From positions 2,670,001 to 2,702,000 of the forward strand of contig NZ_CP011041.1 of NCBI RefSeq assembly GCF_002310835.1: 32,000 bases of DNA, read 5' to 3'. The notes beneath the pieces were generated by a model, which saw only the letters and a list, made by a program, of their open reading frames with translations, was not told the DNA's origin and searched no databases. Source of the stretch: Pseudoalteromonas tetraodonis (GTDB lineage: Bacteria > Pseudomonadota > Gammaproteobacteria > Enterobacterales > Alteromonadaceae). A program made the position numbers and the translations under genes. Below are positions 8,101-15,289 of this stretch, one piece after another (within the stretch, counting starts at the first letter, position 1; each line of letters begins with the position of its first letter).

Positions 8101-9450
8101 TTAAATTAAACTATCTACGTCAATCTCATGCTTTTTAATCAACTTATAAAAATCAGAACGGTTGCGCTTGGCAAGTTTAGCGCCTTCTGCCACATTGCCC
8201 CCTGCCATTTTCAGGGTATTAATTACATAGTCTCGTTCAAACTCTTTTTTAGCTTCATTAAGTGATAATGGCTCAACGTTGCTTTCATTACTGTTGAGCG
8301 CACTAAGCACTAAATGTTCAGATATAACCTCACTGGGAGTCAACGCAACCACCTGCTCCACCACATTTTGTAATTGACGTATATTACCTGGCCAATCATA
8401 CCTTACTAGGGCATGCATGGCATCGTTTGCAAAGCGCTTTTCTTTTTGCTCCATACGCTTTGCGATGTTGGCACTAAAAAAGTTGGCTAATAAGCTAATA
8501 TCTTCACGGCGTTCACACAGCGGGGGCAACTTTAAGTTTACGACGTTTAACCGGTAGTATAAATCTTCTCTAAACTGTTGATTACTAATCGCTTCAGGCA
8601 GGTTTTTATGGGTTGCAGAAACAATTCGTACATTAATGGGAATTTCTTCTTGAAAGCCCACAGGGCGAATGGTTTTTTCTTGCAGCACACGTAACAACTT
8701 AACTTGTAAATTAAGCGGCATATCACCAATCTCATCTAAAAATAAGGTGCCGCCTTGTGCTTGCTGAAATAGGCCTTGGTGATCTTTTACAGCTCCTGTA
8801 AATGCCCCTTTTTTGTGACCAAATAGCTCTGATTCTAATAGCTCACCAGGCACGGCCCCACAGTTTATTGCCACAAATGGACCGTCACTAACATGGCTAT
8901 GCTGATGAATCGCCTGCGCAAGCAACTCTTTACCGGTACCGCTGGCACCAGAAATAAGCACGTTAACTTGTGTAGGCCCTAATAGTTTCACTTGCTCCAA
9001 CAAATGCAGCATAGCGCCACTGCGGGTGACAATATTACTTTGCGGGGCGACTTCATCATTATTAACCCCATGTATCTCAATGGCTTTGGCTAGGCTGTCA
9101 AACAGCTCATCTTTATCAACGGGTTTTGTGATAAAGGCAAAAATACCTTGCTTGGTGGCCTCTACCGCATCAGGGATAGATCCATGAGCCGTCATCATAA
9201 TAACAGGCAACGCAGGGTAGCGGTTTTGCAATTGTCGGTGCAGCGCCATGCCATCCATTTCATCCATTCTTAAATCGGTGATCACCGCATCAAACACTTG
9301 GTTTTTAAGTAGTTGTAATGCGTTCATACCACTATCACAGGTCGTTACTTCATAACCCTTTGATTGAATTCGAATCGCCAGTAATTGCAGCAAGCTGGCA
9401 TCATCATCAACGAGTAAAACTTTAGCACTTGATGGAAGTGTGACTGACAT
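8101..9450 (-). CDS. glrR: Sigma-54-dependent response regulator, GlrR/QseF ortholog
   Basis: Receiver-domain strings are almost identical to remembered E. coli GlrR: [10 protein letters not shown] and [31 protein letters not shown]+ Walker A: GASGTGKE. Sigma-54 contact loop: [24 protein letters not shown] and a C-terminal HTH ([23 protein letters not shown]) are also present. Confidence 0.88.
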   Translation of the reverse strand: MSVTLPSSAKVLLVDDDASLLQLLAIRIQSKGYEVTTCDSGMNALQLLKNQVFDAVITDLRMDEMDGMALHRQLQNRYPALPVIMMTAHGSIPDAVEATKQGIFAFITKPVDKDELFDSLAKAIEIHGVNNDEVAPQSNIVTRSGAMLHLLEQVKLLGPTQVNVLISGASGTGKELLAQAIHQHSHVSDGPFVAINCGAVPGELLESELFGHKKGAFTGAVKDHQGLFQQAQGGTLFLDEIGDMPLNLQVKLLRVLQEKTIRPVGFQEEIPINVRIVSATHKNLPEAISNQQFREDLYYRLNVVNLKLPPLCERREDISLLANFFSANIAKRMEQKEKRFANDAMHALVRYDWPGNIRQLQNVVEQVVALTPSEVISEHLVLSALNSNESNVEPLSLNEAKKEFERDYVINTLKMAGGNVAEGAKLAKRNRSDFYKLIKKHEIDVDSLI

Positions 9451-9452
9451 AG

Positions 9453-9986
9453 TTACTGCTCCTTGGTTTCTTCACGTAGTAAAAGTTGCTGTTCAATTGC
9501 GGCTAATGACGACAAGGTTTTTTGCATTTTGGCGTTCAATGCTTGCTGTTGTTTTTTTGCATCTATTTGCATTAATACGTGCTGTTTTTGCAGCCATAAA
9601 TAGTGCTTTATATCATCGGGCCAATAGTACGCCTGATCCAGCTTAAGTAATTGACTCATCACAGTATTGGGGTCACTACTAAGCTTTAAACATGCTTTAC
9701 TAAAAAACGCTTTCAGTGCTTGCTCCCCTAAGTAGGTTTCATTGCTAGGCGCTAATTTAAAACCACCGCACTGATTGGCATGCCAAGCAATAACTTGCGC
9801 TGCAGAGGGATATATTGGCTCTGATTTTGGCCGAGGTTTGGGATTTGGCTGATTCGTTTTGCTATCTGGCTGAGAGGGTACATTTAATGCTGATTCACCC
9901 TGTGTTTGAGTGTTTGTTATTTCACACCCAGATAAAAAAACAAGACTGCTGGTTAGCCATACAATAGCCATTAAACGCGCAGACAT
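9453..9986 (-). CDS. qseG: QseG/YfhG-like lipoprotein encoded between the kinase and regulator genes
   Basis: Trimmed to the ATG at 9986 (MSARLMAIVWLTSSLVFLSGC, lipobox LSGC). The kinase stop and this start form TAATATG. The C-terminal coiled coil ...LSSLAAIEQQLLLRE resembles the E. coli QseG ...LTDIERQL region. Its position between glrK and glrR is diagnostic. Confidence 0.6.
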   Translation of the reverse strand: MSARLMAIVWLTSSLVFLSGCEITNTQTQGESALNVPSQPDSKTNQPNPKPRPKSEPIYPSAAQVIAWHANQCGGFKLAPSNETYLGEQALKAFFSKACLKLSSDPNTVMSQLLKLDQAYYWPDDIKHYLWLQKQHVLMQIDAKKQQQALNAKMQKTLSSLAAIEQQLLLREETKEQ

Positions 9987-9987
9987 A

Positions 9988-11442
9988 TTATTTAACTCCT
10001 TTATTTTTATAGGGGATGACAATGTTAAATCGACAGCCTTGCGGCTCATTATGCTCAATTTTTAGTTGCCCATGTAACTGTTCAACTGACTCTTTGACTA
10101 TAGTAAGGCCTAAACCACTGCCTTGTAAGCTAATCTCTTTGGTATGTTTACCTTGATAAAACGCCCCAAAAACATGATCTCTTTCATGCTCTTTAATGCC
10201 ACAACCCTCATCTGCTACTTGCATATTTAGGCCGTTATTTTCTAGACTCAAGCTAATAGTAACGACTTGGTTTGGCTGAGAAAACTTTAAGCCATTGGAA
10301 ATTAACTGAATTAAAATCATTTCAATTAACTCCCGTGGCAAACTAAGAGAAATATTAGGTAAACTATTGTGCCAAATAAGCGATTGTTCTCGCGCATTTA
10401 AGCGGTGCTCAAAGTGGTTATTTACCTTTTTTATTAGCTGATTAAATTCCACTTCACTGACGTTGTCTTTACTGGTGCGAATGGCGTTATAACTCAATAA
10501 ACTGTCTATCATAGTACGTAGCCTCACCATCGATTGACTGATCAGCCCAAGTACCGCTTTTTGCTCGTTATTGATGGGGCCAACGATTTCATCGGCTAGT
10601 AATTCAGTGCCCTCAACCATAGAAGCCAAAGGGGTTTTTAATTCGTGAGTAACGTGGCGTAAAAATGTATCTTTTTGTTGTTCTAACATATGCAGCTGCG
10701 CTTGCACCCACTGCAACTTGTTACCTAACTCTATGAGTTCAGCCGACCCTTGCACCGATATTTTTTGCTGCCAATCTCCTTGGCCTAACTTATCAATCAC
10801 TGAGGTTAAGCTTTTTAAGCGCCCGCTTATGCGCCACAAAAAACCGCCGCCAACAAGCAGCGTTAAAGGCGTAAGTGCAATCAACCAGTTTATAAAGGAA
10901 GCTTGTAAATTTGTGAGCTTAATTTGGTTTTGAGTGATTTTGGCTTCATTTTCCTCACGTAACCACAATGTTAGCTCCGCTAGTGTTTCGCTGATTGGCA
11001 CAAATAATTCAGCTTGTTGACGCGCTTCAACCACAAGTTGAGTATGCGCCGTTTGCAAAGTATCCGTTAGCCGTTGCCATTGGTGTGTATTTGCTTGGTT
11101 ATTTGAAAGCTGTTTTAGCTCATTGATGTTTTGCAATGATGATTGCCATTTATCTACGATTAGCTTATCGAGTGAGTCGCTCTTTAATACCCAGTTTTGC
11201 CTAGTTGCTCTTTCTAAACTATTAAGCTCTTGCTTAAGCAGATTAAACGACTTAGTTACTTGGTAATTATTACTCACAATTTGCTGAGTGACCGCTAATT
11301 GCTTATTTAATACATTTAAAAACACAATAACCACTATAGATAAGGGCAACAGCGACAACAGCATGCTCATTACAAATTGGCCAATTAAATTGGGGCGCCA
11401 ATTTATCAATGCTTTATATTTTTCAGCCATGACTGCGGGCAT
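9988..11442 (-). CDS. glrK: Sensor histidine kinase, GlrK/QseE ortholog
   Basis: The N-terminus RPNLIGQFVMSMLLSLLPLSIVVIVF parallels E. coli GlrK (PRSLRQLVMLAFLLILLPLL). It has a periplasmic helical region, a second TM segment, HAMP, an H-box THELKTPLASM and an ATPase G-box GSGLGLTIV. The alternative ATG at 11430 is equally possible. Confidence 0.82.
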   Translation of the reverse strand: MPAVMAEKYKALINWRPNLIGQFVMSMLLSLLPLSIVVIVFLNVLNKQLAVTQQIVSNNYQVTKSFNLLKQELNSLERATRQNWVLKSDSLDKLIVDKWQSSLQNINELKQLSNNQANTHQWQRLTDTLQTAHTQLVVEARQQAELFVPISETLAELTLWLREENEAKITQNQIKLTNLQASFINWLIALTPLTLLVGGGFLWRISGRLKSLTSVIDKLGQGDWQQKISVQGSAELIELGNKLQWVQAQLHMLEQQKDTFLRHVTHELKTPLASMVEGTELLADEIVGPINNEQKAVLGLISQSMVRLRTMIDSLLSYNAIRTSKDNVSEVEFNQLIKKVNNHFEHRLNAREQSLIWHNSLPNISLSLPRELIEMILIQLISNGLKFSQPNQVVTISLSLENNGLNMQVADEGCGIKEHERDHVFGAFYQGKHTKEISLQGSGLGLTIVKESVEQLHGQLKIEHNEPQGCRFNIVIPYKNKGVK

Positions 11443-11529
11443 ACAAAAGTCCTTTACTATTTTTAAACGTTCTATTATTAAGCGCTCAACTTATACACTC
11501 GCTGAACCATCAAGGATAAAAACCCCTGC

Positions 11530-11547
11530 TGTCTCTAAATAGCGACA
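11530..11547. promoter_or_regulatory. GlrR-type enhancer site TGTC-N10-GACA
   Basis: TGTCtctaaatagcGACA is a perfect match to the TGTCN10GACA consensus defined for E. coli GlrR at glmY/glmZ. It lies about 140 bp upstream of the sigma-54-like -24 element. A degenerate second copy, TGTT-N10-CACA, is at 11596-11613. Confidence 0.45.
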
Positions 11548-11654
11548 AGTTAAGCAATTGATTTAAAAAATTTTAAACGCTTATAACTGCAAAATTGTTG
11601 CATAAAACACACAGTTACTTGTAAAAATTACGCACCAATCATCACAAAAAAACA

Positions 11655-11667
11655 TAACTCACTGATT
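11655..11667 (-). promoter_or_regulatory. IHF-like site between the enhancer and the sigma-54 promoter
   Basis: The minus strand reads AATCAGTGAGTTA, which fits WATCARNNNNTTR. It sits in an AT-rich context centred about 50 bp upstream of the predicted start site. Confidence 0.3.
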
Positions 11668-11685
11668 ATTAATAAAAATAAATAT

Positions 11686-11700
11686 TGGCACCATTTTTGT
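11686..11700 (+). promoter_or_regulatory. Sigma-54-type -24/-12 promoter candidate driving the EF-hand operon
   Basis: TGGCAC (11686-11691), N5, TTGT (11697-11700). The GG-N10 spacing is correct, but the -12 dinucleotide is GT rather than the canonical GC. The ATG of the first EF-hand gene is 39 nt downstream of the element. Confidence 0.45.
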
Positions 11701-11738
11701 TACGAGAACATTAATATTAATCTAAAAAGAGCCAAGGA

Positions 11739-11972
11739 ATGTTCAAAAACAATTTACAGAACGCTGCACTTATCGGTTTGTGCCTAACCAGTACTCATTT
11801 ATTCGCCCTTGATGTAGATGCTGAATTTAATCGTTTAGACAAAGACAGTAATGGCACATTAAGTGAAGCTGAAGCAGGTGAAGATGCTTTATTACATGAG
11901 AACTTTGCACAGATAGACACCGATGAAAACGGGCTCATATCTCTAAACGAATTTAAGCTGTTTATAAAATAA
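11739..11972 (+). CDS. Small secreted two-EF-hand calcium-binding protein (paralog 1)
   Basis: Signal peptide MFKNNLQNAALIGLCLTSTHLFA. Canonical 12-residue loops DKDSNGTLSEAE and DTDENGLISLNE. Confidence 0.8.
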   Translation: MFKNNLQNAALIGLCLTSTHLFALDVDAEFNRLDKDSNGTLSEAEAGEDALLHENFAQIDTDENGLISLNEFKLFIK

Positions 11973-11984
11973 AGGAGTACATTC

Positions 11985-12212
11985 ATGAAACAACTAATTG
12001 GTGCTTTTTCGCTCCTATTTTTAGCTATTAGTGCCACCGCACTGGCATCGCCATTAAATGTACGTTTTATGCATTTAGATAAAAATATGGATGACCAAAT
12101 ATCGCTTATTGAGGCAAAGCAAGATAAACAATTACTTAAGCAGTTTGCCGATTTAGACAAAGATAATAACGAGATGATTTCTAAAAAAGAATTCCAAAAC
12201 TTTAAACCTTAA
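11985..12212 (+). CDS. Small secreted two-EF-hand calcium-binding protein (paralog 2)
   Basis: AAGGAG SD 7 nt before the ATG. Signal peptide MKQLIGAFSLLFLAISATALA. Loops DKNMDDQISLIE and DKDNNEMISKKE. Confidence 0.8.
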   Translation: MKQLIGAFSLLFLAISATALASPLNVRFMHLDKNMDDQISLIEAKQDKQLLKQFADLDKDNNEMISKKEFQNFKP

Positions 12213-12248
12213 GTTTAGATTCAAGTTTAATCTATTAGTATAGAGTTA

Positions 12249-12323
12249 AAAGCACTTGCCATAATCCCTGAGGGAGTGTGTAAACGGATTTAATGTTGGG
12301 ATTTAAATTATGGCAAGTGCTTT
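12249..12323. repeat. 17-bp perfect inverted repeat enclosing a 41-nt structured loop, between EF-hand gene pairs
   Basis: AAAGCACTTGCCATAAT (12249-12265) pairs with ATTATGGCAAGTGCTTT (12307-12323). Inner pairings: AATCC/GGATT and CCC-TGA-GGG. It is followed by TTTATTTCATTATT. Confidence 0.6.
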
Positions 12324-12368
12324 ATTTCATTATTGCCAGCAATTAAAATATGCCTTGGAACGCCAACC

Positions 12369-12605
12369 ATGAAAATACAGCTTCTCCTTATTGGTGCTTT
12401 ACTATTTGTTAGCCATAGTGCATGTGCACTTGATGTAAAGCAACGCTTTGAACATCTAGACACCAACAACGACGAGTATTTAACCCATAGCGAGCTTGCT
12501 GCTCAGCCTCAGCTATTAAACTCATTTTCAAATTGGGATGAAAATCAAGACAACAGAATTTCTTTAACTGAGTTTAAAAACTATCTAACCACCAATTTGT
12601 ACTGA
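12369..12605 (+). CDS. Small secreted two-EF-hand calcium-binding protein (paralog 3)
   Basis: Trimmed to the ATG at 12369 (MKIQLLLIGALLFVSHSACA signal peptide); the ORF track starts at a TTG at 12333. Loops DTNNDEYLTHSE and DENQDNRISLTE. The mature N-terminus LDV... is the same as in paralog 1. Confidence 0.78.
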   Translation: MKIQLLLIGALLFVSHSACALDVKQRFEHLDTNNDEYLTHSELAAQPQLLNSFSNWDENQDNRISLTEFKNYLTTNLY

Positions 12606-12613
12606 GTATTTAG

Positions 12614-12850
12614 ATGAAACCTATCCGCCATATTATTTTACTAACGCTTACTGTTGTTAGCTGCATGAGCTTTGCGACAAATAGCTATATTACCTCAGAA
12701 TTTGAAAAACTTGACCGTAATCAAGATGGCTTTTTAACTCGTTCGGAAACTGCCAGTGATCCTGCTTTATGGTCACGTTTTGGCAGTTACGACCGTGATA
12801 AAGACGCACAATTGTCATTAAGCGAATATAGTTTGTACGCCAGTAAATAA
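12614..12850 (+). CDS. Small secreted two-EF-hand calcium-binding protein (paralog 4)
   Basis: Signal peptide MKPIRHIILLTLTVVSCMSFA. Loops DRNQDGFLTRSE and DRDKDAQLSLSE. Starts 8 nt after paralog 3. Confidence 0.8.
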   Translation: MKPIRHIILLTLTVVSCMSFATNSYITSEFEKLDRNQDGFLTRSETASDPALWSRFGSYDRDKDAQLSLSEYSLYASK

Positions 12851-12860
12851 ATAGCTCCCT

Positions 12861-12892
12861 CAAATAAAGCCTAGTTAATTAGGCTTTATTTG
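12861..12892 (+). terminator. Rho-independent terminator after the EF-hand cluster
   Basis: CAAATAAAGCCT / loop AGTTAATT / AGGCTTTATTTG forms a 12-bp stem with a T-rich 3' arm. Confidence 0.6.
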
Positions 12893-13058
12893 AGAAGATT
12901 AAACAAATTCTTTCCTGTTAACACGCAATCTATCCTACCCTGAATTTGCTTGCTCTAGCTAAAAGCTGGGCTTATTCGACTATTAATAAATTATGCTATT
13001 GGTATTCTAAATTTGAGTTTGCTACTGTGATAGTACAAATAATAACAACATACCTCTT

Positions 13059-14747
13059 ATGCGACTCAATAAATTAATTAAACCGGTATTACTAGCAAGC
13101 CTCTGCGCCTTATCTAGTGTGGCAATTGCACAAACGAAAGTAATATATAATGCCAATGGCTACACCCCTTTATACAAAGGAAAAATGCGCCACGGCGAAG
13201 TAAATACATTTACAACCTTAGTCATAAAAGATGGCAAAGTTGTAAAAACAGGTCCTGACAGCTTAAAAAATAGCTTCCCGGGCGCAACCCTAATTGACGC
13301 CAATGGAAAAACCTTATTACCAGGGCTCATTGATGCCCACGGACACGTAATTGGCCTGGGTGAAAACTTGTCACAGCTGGATGTGCGCGGCGCAAAATCG
13401 GTAGATGAAATAACCGCTAAGCTCAACGAATTTGCCAAAGGCAAAGAAGGTTGGATTATTGGTCGGGGCTGGAACCAAGAGCTATGGTCCGACACGCGTT
13501 TCCCTACCGCTGCTGATTTAGACAAAGTCGTCAGCGACCGCCCTGTTATTTTATCGCGAGTAGATAGCCATGCTATTTGGGTTAATTCAAAAGCACTAGA
13601 ACTTGCCAATATTAATGCTGACACACCAGCCCCAGCAGGTGGAGAAATTATAAAAGATGAGTTTGGCAAACCAACCGGTATTTTTATAGATAAAGCAGAA
13701 ACCTTGGTTACTCAACATATGCCTGCAACATCTGCGCAATCGGTTAGCAATGCATTAGATGCCGCAGGTAAACATTTATTAAGCTTAGGCATTACCTCAA
13801 CCCACGATGCAGGTATTGATAAAACCACGTGGCAAGTTTATAAACAGCGCGCTGAGTTAGGTACATTACCGCTTAGAATTGTAGCGATGTTAAGTGCAGC
13901 AAGCCCAGATTTAAACATGATGCTTAAAGCGGGTCGGTTTCAAGATGCTCAAGATTTTTTATCTATTCGCAGTGTAAAAATTTATGCTGATGGAGCCTTA
14001 GGGTCACGCGGTGCCGCGCTTATTGAAGAATACGCAGACAGAGCAAACCACTTTGGCCTAATGCTTGAAACCCAACAAAAGCTAGAACAATTATTTACAC
14101 TCACTTTTAAAAGCGGGTTTAGTGCAAATACCCACGCCATTGGCGATAGAGCAAATAAAATTGTGCTCGATGCCTATCAAAATGTATTTAAGCAAACCGG
14201 TGGTATACTACTGCGTAATCGCATGGAGCATGCACAAATCGTCTCGCCAGAGGATATTCCGCGCTTTAAAACCCTGAAAATAATTCCATCAATGCAACCT
14301 GTGCATGCTACATCTGACATGCATATGGCAGAGCAGCGTTTAACCGATAAACAACTCCAAGGCGCATACGCTTGGCAAACATTTTTAGAGCAGGGGTCGA
14401 CTATTGCAGCGGGTTCTGATTACCCTGTCGAGCTCGCGAACCCGTTTGATGGCTTATATTCTGCCATTACACGTATGGATCATAATCAATTGCCTGAAAA
14501 CGGTTGGCGCGCCAGTGAAGTGTTAAGCAGAGAAGATGCATTACGTGCGTTTACCCTTGGCGGCGCGTATGCAGCGCATCAAGAGTTTAAGCTAGGGAGT
14601 TTAGAGCAAGGTAAATGGGCTGACTTTATAATGGTTGATCAAGACTACTTTAAAGTCCCCATTGAGCAGCTATACAAAACTCAGGTGCTGCAAACGTGGA
14701 TTGCGGGTACGTTACGCTACGAAAAAGACGTCGCAAAAGCTGAGTAA
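13059..14747 (+). CDS. Secreted metal-dependent amidohydrolase (Amidohydro_3 / YtcJ-like family)
   Basis: Signal peptide MRLNKLIKPVLLASLCALSSVAIA. Metal-binding motif LPGLIDAHGH. Later HAIGD, MEHAQ and GSDYPVE motifs are typical of this family. The substrate is unknown. Confidence 0.8.
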   Translation: MRLNKLIKPVLLASLCALSSVAIAQTKVIYNANGYTPLYKGKMRHGEVNTFTTLVIKDGKVVKTGPDSLKNSFPGATLIDANGKTLLPGLIDAHGHVIGLGENLSQLDVRGAKSVDEITAKLNEFAKGKEGWIIGRGWNQELWSDTRFPTAADLDKVVSDRPVILSRVDSHAIWVNSKALELANINADTPAPAGGEIIKDEFGKPTGIFIDKAETLVTQHMPATSAQSVSNALDAAGKHLLSLGITSTHDAGIDKTTWQVYKQRAELGTLPLRIVAMLSAASPDLNMMLKAGRFQDAQDFLSIRSVKIYADGALGSRGAALIEEYADRANHFGLMLETQQKLEQLFTLTFKSGFSANTHAIGDRANKIVLDAYQNVFKQTGGILLRNRMEHAQIVSPEDIPRFKTLKIIPSMQPVHATSDMHMAEQRLTDKQLQGAYAWQTFLEQGSTIAAGSDYPVELANPFDGLYSAITRMDHNQLPENGWRASEVLSREDALRAFTLGGAYAAHQEFKLGSLEQGKWADFIMVDQDYFKVPIEQLYKTQVLQTWIAGTLRYEKDVAKAE

Positions 14748-14754
14748 TTAAAAA

Positions 14755-14787
14755 CAAAAAAGGGTTAACTTGCGTTAACCCTTTTTT
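14755..14787. terminator. Bidirectional hairpin terminator between convergent genes
   Basis: AAAAAAGGGTTAAC / TTGC / GTTAACCCTTTTTT, with A/T runs on both sides. The minus-strand gene's TAA stop lies inside the stem. Confidence 0.7.
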
Positions 14788-15011
14788 GTATCAACTTTTG
14801 ACTGACGATATAGCTTAATAATGTGATAAATATTAACCAAAGCCAACAAGCCGTTGGTAAAAGCCACCGGCACTGAGCCTATAGCCGCACCGTAAAAAGT
14901 AAACGCAATACAGCCCAATAAATTAAACCAACGTAGTTTGGTTACATCAGTCATGGTTAATGATATGACTAATAAGACGGATGCTAAATAACCTAAATAT
15001 TCCCAACTCAA
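14775..15011 (-). CDS. Small hydrophobic inner-membrane protein, hypothetical
   Basis: 78-aa ORF with two to three TM segments (LGYLASVLLVISLTM, LLGCIAFTFYGAAIG, FTNGLLALVNIYHII) and a basic C-terminus. Confidence 0.55.
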   Translation of the reverse strand: MSWEYLGYLASVLLVISLTMTDVTKLRWFNLLGCIAFTFYGAAIGSVPVAFTNGLLALVNIYHIIKLYRQSKVDTKKG

Positions 15012-15289
15012 TTGTTCTCTCCTAGGCTTTAGGTTAGTATTACGCGTTAAATTTTAGTACATTATTAAGCTACGCTACGCAGTAGTTAAAATAAAAAAGC
15101 TAACTTACCAATAAAACCTTAAAATATACTGGTTAATACCACAATTTTTAATCATTACACGGAAGAATGAAGGTCATTTAACGCTATTAATTATATTAAC
15201 GGCGTGGGCAAGTTAGCATAAATTCTTAATCTTAATGCTATCGTCATTAAGGTGTAATAAATAGGACAATTGTCCGAAGAGCATGATTG

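Noticed and set aside
9987-10058. N-terminal extension of the qseG-like ORF overlapping the end of glrK (also 16563..16628 for the phosphoribosyltransferase, 18037..18054 for pepB and 21618..21635 for the acylase)
   Set aside because: Internal ATG codons have better SD spacing and produce proper signal peptides or homolog-matching N-termini. The longer forms are just the maximal open frames.
11443-11738. Possible glmY/glmZ-like sRNA next to glrK, as in enterobacteria
   Set aside because: I looked on both strands. There is no sigma-54 element on the minus strand. The plus-strand element is about 39 nt from the EF-hand start codon, which leaves no room for an sRNA with its own terminator. The 84-aa ORF at 11288..11542 is antisense to glrK and looks spurious.
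11795-12160. 121-aa minus-strand ORF across EF-hand genes 1 and 2
   Set aside because: It is antisense to two ORFs that each have a signal peptide, canonical EF-hand loops and an SD. Its own product is Ser/Asn/Cys-rich with no start-site signals.
13160-13669. 169-aa minus-strand ORF inside the amidohydrolase gene
   Set aside because: It is antisense to a 562-aa ORF with clear amidohydrolase metal-binding motifs. This is a typical shadow ORF.
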